Shown here: in pieces, positions 1 to 7,047 of the stretch
How positions within the stretch are numbered: position 1 is the first letter of the stretch
How the letters are laid out: each line of letters opens with the position of its first letter
Source of the DNA: Patescibacteria group bacterium
Lineage (GTDB): Bacteria > Patescibacteriota > Microgenomatia > Levybacterales > UBA12049
Assembly: GCA_035651435.1 (NCBI GenBank)
Contig: DASRFS010000026.1
Coordinates: 1-32,000, forward strand
Direction: 5' to 3'
Length of the DNA: 32,000 nucleotides
Program-made: the position numbers and the translations under genes
The notes under the pieces: model-generated
The model's input: the letters and a program-made list of their open reading frames with translations, nothing else
What the model was told of the DNA's origin: nothing
Database searches by the model: none

Positions 1-1
1 A

Positions 2-721
2 ACGATTATTAAAGACTTAGTTGCTGGTAAAAGAACGCTTGATGCACAAGAAAAAGCCGACATGGCTACATTTTTGTCAGCTTTATATTTAAGAGTACCC
101 GATTCATTGAGAAAAACCGAGGAAATGAGTACAAAAATGACAAAAGAAGTTATGAGTAAGATAGTTAGGTTTGATAAGCATTTTCAAAAGACAATGGATG
201 AAATTGAAAAGAAGCATGGAACAAAAATAAGCCAAAAGGAAAGAGAAGATATACAGGATACATTCGCAAATAAAAAATACGACTTACGTTTTCCAAAAGG
301 ACACATGCTGGGAGTGATGATGAAAATGTTTCAGGAGTTTTACTTCATTATGGCTCAAATGGAATGGGTCATACTTGAAGCCCCTAAAAATAAAGCGTTT
401 GTTGGTTCTGACCATCCTGCGCTTACTTTTAATGTAAGACCAGAGGGATTTTGGGGCAGTGGAATAGGCATCTTAGCTCCGAATTGCGAAACAACGGCAA
501 TTCTTACACCAAAGCTGTGTATCTTTATGTCCCAAAAACACAATCCTGACTCGGTTGAATTTGCCAAAGCTAACCCGGGTCTAGTTGATAACATCAACTT
601 TCGTACTGCTGTGTGTTCATCACGCTTTCTTATTTCTCATAATCAAGCTCTACTTAAAAAATGGGTTAAGAGAACACAACTAGATAAAAGAGGTCTTTAT
701 AGTGCGGTGGATGTAAGCTGA
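2..721 (+). CDS. DUF4238-like protein, 5' end cut by the window edge
   Basis: The frame is open from base 2, with no stop before the listed ATG at 62, so the gene begins left of the window. The motif WVILEAPKNKAFVGSDHP resembles the W.il...f.tSDnP core I associate with DUF4238. This is recalled, not searched. Confidence 0.6.
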   Translation, partial: TIIKDLVAGKRTLDAQEKADMATFLSALYLRVPDSLRKTEEMSTKMTKEVMSKIVRFDKHFQKTMDEIEKKHGTKISQKEREDIQDTFANKKYDLRFPKGHMLGVMMKMFQEFYFIMAQMEWVILEAPKNKAFVGSDHPALTFNVRPEGFWGSGIGILAPNCETTAILTPKLCIFMSQKHNPDSVEFAKANPGLVDNINFRTAVCSSRFLISHNQALLKKWVKRTQLDKRGLYSAVDVS

Positions 722-881
722 TAGAGGCCGCTTTATTGAGAAGTTAAATAACTATTTTAATTTGCATAAGCGAATAAATGTTCACTATAATAAGTTCCGA
801 CATAGTCAACTAGAGCCAGCCAGTACGGACTATAAACCCTAAAGCTAATATCGGAAACTTTTAATATTTCCCCATTCGAGC

Positions 882-887
882 TATAAT
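882..887 (+). promoter_or_regulatory. Candidate -10 box TATAAT, 5 nt upstream of the ATG at 893 (leaderless-type arrangement)
   Basis: The sequence gagcTATAATaaaatATG carries no Shine-Dalgarno motif between the box and the start. No convincing -35 was found. Confidence 0.3.
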
Positions 888-892
888 AAAAT

Positions 893-1234
893 ATGATAAT
901 TACAAAATCGGAACCTTTTACAAAAGAAGAAATTAAAAGATTGAGAGAACTGTTTGATGTTTATATTAAAACAGTCATAGATATTAAAAAGAAAATCTGC
1001 TCAGCAGGAGCAGATAGGCATTTTGAATCAGAGAAGATTTTGTTAGAAGATGGTTCAAAACAATCTAACCTTTGGGGCGGAGGAATCGATATTGAAGCAA
1101 AAATTATAGACTGTAATTCATTCATTAACGTTAGGCCAATAGATAAAAATACAAGTAACGAGATTCAAGATCCGCAGTTAAGAAAACGATTTGAAGAATT
1201 ATCTAGACATTTTTTTAAGGAAATTTATGAATAA
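893..1234 (+). CDS. Small hypothetical protein, possibly DUF5674-like
   Basis: 113-aa ORF. The central segment ICSAGADRHFESEKILLEDGSKQSNLWGGGI resembles my recollection of DUF5674 proteins (...GGelHaD.E.lLle.GSkq.dlWG...). Unverified. Confidence 0.55.
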   Translation: MIITKSEPFTKEEIKRLRELFDVYIKTVIDIKKKICSAGADRHFESEKILLEDGSKQSNLWGGGIDIEAKIIDCNSFINVRPIDKNTSNEIQDPQLRKRFEELSRHFFKEIYE

Positions 1235-1496
1235 TAAACAAATTTTAGGAGCACTTGCATTGGATTTAAAAAGAGCAGCTATTGGATATTTTAGAGGTTC
1301 GACTACTATGTCTGAAATATTTTTCGAGGAAGCAATAAAAAGAAGGAAAGAATTAGAAAATTCAAGCTTAAAACCATATTTAATTAAATTGTTAAAAAAT
1401 ATGGAAAACCTTAAGAAAGAAAAAAATGACAGAGCAGCAGAAGATGCATTGCTTTATAGCACTATTTTCCAAAATGCATCTGTCTCTCAGTTATAA
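1227..1496 (+). CDS. Small helical hypothetical protein
   Basis: The ATG at 1227 has an AAGGA Shine-Dalgarno at 1217-1221 (5-nt spacing) and overlaps the upstream stop by 8 nt. The listed 1191 start would overlap 44 nt and has no SD. No recognisable domain. Confidence 0.5.
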   Translation: MNNKQILGALALDLKRAAIGYFRGSTTMSEIFFEEAIKRRKELENSSLKPYLIKLLKNMENLKKEKNDRAAEDALLYSTIFQNASVSQL

Positions 1497-1557
1497 AGAC
1501 TAACCGGTCCTAGACCGGAATGCTCAGCCGATTTTGGTAGATATTTAGGCCCATTTT

Positions 1558-1566
1558 TGGTATAAT
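1558..1566 (+). promoter_or_regulatory. Extended -10 promoter element TGgTATAAT upstream of the DEAD-box helicase
   Basis: tttTGGTATAAT at 1558-1566. It implies a leader of roughly 130 nt before the ATG at 1704. Confidence 0.35.
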
Positions 1567-1703
1567 ACGTTATTAGCCCGCAGGTTGTATACGAATACAT
1601 CTGCTTCATTTGATTTAGTTTTTAAACAGATAAAAGATACCTCAATTTTCTACACTGTATCTTCTTAACACCTAAAACAACTTCACTTTGAGCAGAGATA
1701 TTT

Positions 1704-2903
1704 ATGTACAACTACTACAGAGGAAACCATAAAAACCGTGGAAACGGCTTTTCTTCCCATGGATCAAGACCCCGTTTTCGAGGCAATTTTAGGAGAAATG
1801 AAAAGAAATTAGATTCTAACCTATTTATTAGGAAAGGGAACGGAGAAAATGTTGAAGCTCCTTTTGTCCCTCAAGTAAAGTTTGAAGACTACAATATTGC
1901 CGAAAAAATAAAGCGCAACATCTTAGATCATGGTTACACACTCCCAACCGAAATACAGGATAAAGCGATCCCTCAAATCCTCGAAGGCCGAGATGTTATT
2001 GGAATAGCAAATACTGGTACCGGTAAAACCGCAGCCTTTTTAATCACACTTATTAATAAGTCCTTTCTGGACAGGAATCAAAGAACCTTGATCGTTGTCC
2101 CAACACGCGAACTCGCAGTGCAAATCGGAGACGAATTCCGCTTGTTCGCTAAAGGAACGGATCTAGAAATAGTTACGGCAATTGGAGGAGCTAACATAAG
2201 GCGCCAAACTTACGAGTTAAGGCACAGGCCACATTTTGTAATTGGAACTCCGGGAAGATTAAAAGACCTTATCGAACGAAGAGAATTAAATTTGTCTATT
2301 TTTCAAAATGTAGTTTTGGACGAAGTTGACAGAATGGTTGATATAGGATTTATAAAAGACATTAAGGAAATAGTTTCTCTTCTCCCTAGAATTCGTCAAT
2401 CTTTATTCTTTTCTGCAACTGTTGGAAGAGAAACACAGGAAATCCTAAGAAGTTTTGTTACAAATCCTGTAACCGTTTCCGTAAAGCAACAGGACACAGC
2501 GGAAAATATAGACCAAGATATAATCCGTGTAACAAAGAATTCAAAAATGGAAGTTTTAGATAGATTACTCAGACAACCCGGATTTGATAAAGTTTTGGTT
2601 TTCGGAAGAACAAAATGGAGTATGGAAAAACTTTCACGAAATTTAATACAACGGGGGGTAAAGGCCGCGGCAATCCACGGAAACAAATCACAAAATCAAA
2701 GACAAAGGGCTCTTGATGAATTTAAAGATAATAAAATACAAGTATTAATTGCAACCGATGTTGCCTCAAGGGGACTTGATATACAAGACGTAACTCATGT
2801 AATAAATTACGACGCACCAACATCCTACGACGACTACATCCATAGAATCGGAAGAACCGGACGTGCGGGGAAAAAGGGCTTTGCGCTAACTTTTGTAGAA
2901 TAA
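1704..2903 (+). CDS. DEAD-box ATP-dependent RNA helicase (DEVD variant of motif II)
   Basis: Q-motif region (PTEIQ), motif I ANTGTGKTAAF, Ia PTRELA, II LDEVDRM, III SAT, VI HRIGRTGRAG. The N-terminus is Arg/Gly/Asn-rich. Confidence 0.93.
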   Translation: MYNYYRGNHKNRGNGFSSHGSRPRFRGNFRRNEKKLDSNLFIRKGNGENVEAPFVPQVKFEDYNIAEKIKRNILDHGYTLPTEIQDKAIPQILEGRDVIGIANTGTGKTAAFLITLINKSFLDRNQRTLIVVPTRELAVQIGDEFRLFAKGTDLEIVTAIGGANIRRQTYELRHRPHFVIGTPGRLKDLIERRELNLSIFQNVVLDEVDRMVDIGFIKDIKEIVSLLPRIRQSLFFSATVGRETQEILRSFVTNPVTVSVKQQDTAENIDQDIIRVTKNSKMEVLDRLLRQPGFDKVLVFGRTKWSMEKLSRNLIQRGVKAAAIHGNKSQNQRQRALDEFKDNKIQVLIATDVASRGLDIQDVTHVINYDAPTSYDDYIHRIGRTGRAGKKGFALTFVE

Positions 2904-2910
2904 ATCTCCA

Positions 2911-2919
2911 TGGTATAAT
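2911..2919 (+). promoter_or_regulatory. Extended -10 element TGgTATAAT, 12 nt upstream of the ATG at 2932
   Basis: ccaTGGTATAATcaacctgagattATG, the same 9-mer as at 1558-1566. Confidence 0.35.
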
Positions 2920-2931
2920 CAACCTGAGATT

Positions 2932-3648
2932 ATGGCATTACACGAAGGAAAACCACAGACATTGGAAGTTCGTCAACCCATTCGGTGGGAACAGACTTCT
3001 GCAAAATCTTTTGAAGATATCTCAAGATATATTGAGCTTCCAAAAGACGTAAGTGGACTTAGCTTTCTCGACATTGGTGCGGGAGGATCAGATTTTACTG
3101 CAACACTTCTTGAAAGAGGCGCTAATGCCTTTGCGATTGATCCTTTATACAAAAGCAGATCCGATTTAAAAGGGAAAATGAAAAATTTCTTTGAACTTTC
3201 ACGCAAAAGAAAACTTAACTTTCTTCCTAGACAGGAAAGGGCATTTGAAAGATTTTATGAGTCTATAAAGACTAATCCTGACCATTATAAAGCCGCTCAA
3301 GCCGAAAACCTACCTTTCCCGGATAATTATTTTGACTACGTTATTTCAATAACTGCTATAACGCAATATTTAGATTCTAATAAAGATACTCTTTTTGCTG
3401 CGGTAAAAGAGGCTATAAGAGTAACCAAACCGCATGGATTAATCCAGATATTTCCATTCCAAGACGAGTATATCTCTGCCGTTTCTCCAATTTCTCCATA
3501 TAGAGAAGCGTATGATACGCTTTATGAAGTTAGACAGAAAAACCAACGGGCCCTTTTAAAGGTTTTGGAAGATAACCAGGCGGTAACTATAAACGTCAGT
3601 CCAACATATGAAGGAAGTAAGCTGGAGATATTAAAAGCAGCGGCTTAA
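2932..3648 (+). CDS. Class I SAM-dependent methyltransferase
   Basis: Motif I FLDIGAGGSDF followed by an acidic residue in AFAIDP. A Methyltransf_11-like segment runs NLPFPDNYFDYVIS ... ALKEAIRVTKPHG. Confidence 0.8.
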   Translation: MALHEGKPQTLEVRQPIRWEQTSAKSFEDISRYIELPKDVSGLSFLDIGAGGSDFTATLLERGANAFAIDPLYKSRSDLKGKMKNFFELSRKRKLNFLPRQERAFERFYESIKTNPDHYKAAQAENLPFPDNYFDYVISITAITQYLDSNKDTLFAAVKEAIRVTKPHGLIQIFPFQDEYISAVSPISPYREAYDTLYEVRQKNQRALLKVLEDNQAVTINVSPTYEGSKLEILKAAA

Positions 3649-5456
3649 ACAATTCCCTGGGAGCGTTTTCTTTTTTCCTCAACCATATCCAAAATCTTTT
3701 TTCTTATCCTGATATTTTTAGGAGTTACCTCTACTAATTCGTCGTCTGCTATAAACTCAAGCGCATTTTCCAAACTCATTACTTTTGGGGTATTAAAATG
3801 CTCCATTCCGCCTTCTCCTTTGGATCTCATATTGCTCAGTTGTTTTTCTTTACAAACATTAACCGCCATATCATCCGATCTGGAGTTTTGTCCGATAACT
3901 TGGCCTTTATATACATGCACCGCAGGCCCGACAAACAATTGTCCTCTGTCCTGCGCGTTAATAAGTCCGTATAAAGAAGTAACACCGGTTTCGTGAACCG
4001 TCAAAGACCCTTGTTCTCTTTCGTGGAAATATCCATTATCTTTATCGTACTTTTCAAAAGAAGTATTAATAATTCCAAGACCTCTTGTATCCGTTACGAA
4101 TTCGCTCCTATATCCAAAAAGCCCCCGTGTTGAAATTATAAATTCCATATAAGTTATTCCGTTTTCGGATTTCATATCCTGTAACTCTCCGCGTCTTCCC
4201 CCGAGCTTTTGCATTACGGTTCCGCTGAATTCATCTGGAGTTTCAATAAAAACCCGCTCATATGGAACTAACCTTTCTCCGTCTATAACTTTGTCTATAA
4301 CCTGAGGTCTACCAACCTGGAATTCGTAACCCTCTCTTCTCATTCTCTCGATAAGAATTGCCAAATGAAGTTCTCCTCTTCCCGAAACCGTCCATCCGCC
4401 TTTTGGATTATCCTCGACTCTTAAAGCCATGTCTGTTTCAAGTTCCTTATGCAACCTCTCTCTAATTTGCCTTGATGTTTTGTATTCTCCTTCTTTGCCT
4501 GCAAACGGCGAGTCGTTAACCATAAAAGTGACGCGGATTGTTGGCTCTTCCACATCCAAAAGCGGCAACGCCACCGGATTCTCTACATCCGCAATCGTTT
4601 CTCCGATTGCAGGAACTTGAATTCCGGCTATTGCAACAATATCCCCGCTTGATGCTTCTTCAACTTCCACCTTTTCCAGTCCAACAAATGTAACAAGAGA
4701 AGTAATCTTGCTTCTTATAAATTGATTCTCTCTTGTAATTTGGATAACGTCCTGGCCGTTTTGGATTTTTCCGTTGTAAATTCTTCCGGTTGCGATTCTG
4801 CCTTTATGAAGATCGCTGCCAAGACTTGTTATTAAAAACTGCAGTGGTTTTTTTTCGTCTCCCGATGGAGGAGGAACTTCTTTTAGGATTGTTTCAAAAA
4901 CCGGAGAGATATCTTTCATTGCGCTTAAATCAGGGGTCAAGCCTGCCTTACCAAGCTTTGCGGATGCAAAAATCGTTGGAAAAGTTGCAACTTCATCGCT
5001 TGCTCCCAAGTCTAAAAACAGATCGAGAGTTTTATCCAAAACATAATGAACTCTCGCATCGGACTTATCGATTTTATTAACAACAACAATTATTTTGTGC
5101 CCCATCTTTAGTGCCTTCTTTAAAACAAATCTTGTTTGGGGCATCGGACCTTCCTTTGCATCCACCAAAAGCAGGCATCCGTCTGCCATCTTTAAAACTC
5201 TTTCTACTTCTCCACCAAAATCGGCATGTCCCGGGGTATCGATTATGTTAATTTTTGTGTCTTTCCAAACAACAGAGGCGTTCTTGGAGAAAATTGTGAT
5301 TCCCCTCTCTTGTTCCAGCTCGTTACTATCCATAATAAGAGAGTCGGAAACACTTTTATTTAGCTTGGTTTGCGATTGCTTTAAAAGCGCGTCGACTAAA
5401 GTCGTCTTTCCATGGTCAACGTGAGCGATAATTGCAATATTTCGAATATTTAACAT
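3645..5456 (-). CDS. typA: Translational GTPase TypA/BipA
   Basis: N-terminus IRNIAIIAHVDHGKTTLVDALL, DTPGHADFGGEVER, NKID. The 603-aa length is typical of BipA. AGGA SD lies 4 nt before the ATG. Confidence 0.95.
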   Translation of the reverse strand: MLNIRNIAIIAHVDHGKTTLVDALLKQSQTKLNKSVSDSLIMDSNELEQERGITIFSKNASVVWKDTKINIIDTPGHADFGGEVERVLKMADGCLLLVDAKEGPMPQTRFVLKKALKMGHKIIVVVNKIDKSDARVHYVLDKTLDLFLDLGASDEVATFPTIFASAKLGKAGLTPDLSAMKDISPVFETILKEVPPPSGDEKKPLQFLITSLGSDLHKGRIATGRIYNGKIQNGQDVIQITRENQFIRSKITSLVTFVGLEKVEVEEASSGDIVAIAGIQVPAIGETIADVENPVALPLLDVEEPTIRVTFMVNDSPFAGKEGEYKTSRQIRERLHKELETDMALRVEDNPKGGWTVSGRGELHLAILIERMRREGYEFQVGRPQVIDKVIDGERLVPYERVFIETPDEFSGTVMQKLGGRRGELQDMKSENGITYMEFIISTRGLFGYRSEFVTDTRGLGIINTSFEKYDKDNGYFHEREQGSLTVHETGVTSLYGLINAQDRGQLFVGPAVHVYKGQVIGQNSRSDDMAVNVCKEKQLSNMRSKGEGGMEHFNTPKVMSLENALEFIADDELVEVTPKNIRIRKKILDMVEEKRKRSQGIV

Positions 5457-5473
5457 AGTTCCTGATTAGAATA

Positions 5474-5496
5474 TAAAAAAACCGCCATTTGCGGTG
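5474..5496 (-). terminator. Short intrinsic terminator (ACCGC-loop-GCGGT plus a T7 run on the minus strand)
   Basis: The minus strand reads ACCGCaaatgGCGGTttttttt. It lies between the small membrane ORF and typA. Confidence 0.45.
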
Positions 5497-5501
5497 TTCG
5501 T

Positions 5502-5510
5502 ATTATAGCA
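5502..5510 (-). promoter_or_regulatory. Extended -10 element TGcTATAAT upstream of typA
   Basis: The minus strand reads cgTGcTATAATacgaac, immediately 5' of the terminator hairpin. Confidence 0.3.
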
Positions 5511-5532
5511 CGATTTGTGCTCAATTGAGGAG

Positions 5533-5754
5533 TTAAAATCTTAAGTGTGGAATTCGGAAATTATCCCCTTTATTTCCTTTGCTCGAAAGAATAATTGCTA
5601 AAATTCCAAGCGAAAAAAATTGAATAATTCCGGACTGAAACATCTTATATGTTTGGGTGTAGGAATTCGGAATCAGAAGCAACATGAATCCCTGTCCAAA
5701 CACAGAGAAAGTCAAAGCAACAATAAGTGAAATTGGCAAAAAGTATCTTCTCAT
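5533..5754 (-). CDS. Small hydrophobic protein (2 predicted TM helices)
   Basis: The listed start at 5772 is TTG; the first ATG is at 5754. Two hydrophobic stretches are present. No homology recognised. Confidence 0.3.
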   Translation of the reverse strand: MRRYFLPISLIVALTFSVFGQGFMLLLIPNSYTQTYKMFQSGIIQFFSLGILAIILSSKGNKGDNFRIPHLRF

Positions 5755-5820
5755 GGCAAAGCATTTATACAAGCTGAAACAAAGCGGTTGGTAAAAATTT
5801 AGTAAAGCAAACGAAAGAGT

Positions 5821-7017
5821 TTAGGAGAGTCTCTTAAGAGTTTCTTCTTTTCCCAAGATTTCCAAAGATTGAGGCAGCGGAAGCCCGGACTCGGATCCCG
5901 TAAAGATTTTGTAAAATAATTTCATTCTCACTCCCTCTTTTTCAAGAACATTTTTAAATGCAAAAAGAATATCCTCAGCTTTCCAGATTTTAAGATTTTT
6001 AAGCTCGAGATGTAGAACTTTTACAACTTTTTTTTCTTTGTCCGAAAATTTTACATCCGGTTTTTCAGAGAAAAATCCGGTGAGTTTTTCAAAATCTCTA
6101 AGCGTTGTCATTCTCGATTGCGCAAGAGAAACCAAATCCTCCTTTTTTGAATCTAATCGCTTTGCCAATTCCGAAACCGGGAGTTTTCTAATCCATTCTC
6201 CATTCATCCACGCGAGTTTCCCAATATCAAAAACCGGGTTTGCGACGTTTATATCTTCCAGTTTGAATTTCTTAACCATCTCACCCATCGCCATAATCTC
6301 TTCGTCTCCTCCCGGATTCCAGCCCAAAAGAGCCGTGTAATTATTGACTGCTTCGGCTAGATATCCTTCGTCTCTATAATCCAGCGCAGATTTCGCACCA
6401 TGCCTTTTAGAAAGTTTTGTATGGTCGTTCCCTAAAATAACGGGGAGATGGCAAAAAACTGGGACATCCCAACCAAAAAGTTCATAAAGATAAAGATGCT
6501 TGGGAGTTGATGATATCCATTCTTCTCCTCGCATAACGTGGGATATTTCCATAAGATGATCGTCCACGACATTTGCCAAATGGTAGGTTGGGAATCCATC
6601 GGACTTCAGAATAACAAAATCCTCGACATCTTTTCCTTTAAAAGAAATCCTTTTGTTCCCCACCGCGTCCGTCCAAGAAAATTCTCTTTCTTCCGGCAAG
6701 TGAATATAAACCGCACCGTCTTTTTCGTAGGCTTTTTTTGTTTTAATGAGTTCGTTAACGTGCTTTTTATAAATTTCGATCCTTTCGGATTGTTTGAATT
6801 TTTTATCGGGCACTAGATCAAGCCATTTTAGGATTTCGTCAATTGCTTCCTCTGAACCCTTTACCAATCTTTTTTGATCCGTATCTTCAATCCTTAAGAA
6901 AAACTCACCTTTGTTTGCCTTTGCCAGAAGAAAGGAAAAAAGCGCTGTTCTGGTGCTTCCAATATGAGGGATTCCTGTTGGGCTTGGGGCAAATCTTGTG
7001 CGAACCATCATTTGCAT
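5821..7017 (-). CDS. gltX: Glutamyl-tRNA synthetase, compact form
   Basis: RFAPSPTGIPHIGSTRTAL (HIGH-type), KLSKRHG (KMSKS-type), DDHLMEISHVMRGEEW, and a C-terminal anticodon-binding-like tail ending LGKEETLKRL. In-frame alternative ATGs lie at 7011 and 7008. Confidence 0.9.
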   Translation of the reverse strand: MQMMVRTRFAPSPTGIPHIGSTRTALFSFLLAKANKGEFFLRIEDTDQKRLVKGSEEAIDEILKWLDLVPDKKFKQSERIEIYKKHVNELIKTKKAYEKDGAVYIHLPEEREFSWTDAVGNKRISFKGKDVEDFVILKSDGFPTYHLANVVDDHLMEISHVMRGEEWISSTPKHLYLYELFGWDVPVFCHLPVILGNDHTKLSKRHGAKSALDYRDEGYLAEAVNNYTALLGWNPGGDEEIMAMGEMVKKFKLEDINVANPVFDIGKLAWMNGEWIRKLPVSELAKRLDSKKEDLVSLAQSRMTTLRDFEKLTGFFSEKPDVKFSDKEKKVVKVLHLELKNLKIWKAEDILFAFKNVLEKEGVRMKLFYKIFTGSESGLPLPQSLEILGKEETLKRLS

Positions 7018-7041
7018 TGTACTCTACCCTCAAACTATACT
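7012..7041 (+). promoter_or_regulatory. Candidate promoter TTGCAT-18-TATACT ending 6 nt before the ATG at 7048
   Basis: The -35-like TTGCAT (7012-7017) lies inside the gltX start region. TATACT is at 7036-7041. No SD precedes the ATG. Confidence 0.35.
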
Positions 7042-7047
7042 CAATAT

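Noticed and set aside
1504-1518. The hairpin CCGGTC-cta-GACCGG after the 1496 stop as an intrinsic terminator.
   Set aside because: It is only a 6-bp stem, and no T-run follows directly; the nearest TTTT is about 12 nt away. It is too weak to annotate.
4429-5424. Antisense ORFs of 60-110 aa inside clearly assigned genes. Examples are 355-597, 2396-2922, 2973-3206, 4429-5424, 6038-6816, 8341-8717, 9358-10056, 17555-18079, 21137-21397 and 25439-26208.
   Set aside because: They lie fully within, and opposite to, genes with strong motif-level support. They have low-complexity or odd composition and lack start signals. They are treated as shadow ORFs.
6964-7047. The listed start at 6964 for the 7048 ORF, the TTG starts at 20807, 22902, 5772 and 31996, and the 1191 start.
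   Set aside because: These extensions overlap neighbouring genes or use TTG. Downstream ATG or GTG codons give ATGA coupling, a proper signal peptide, correct GxGxxG spacing or a real SD.
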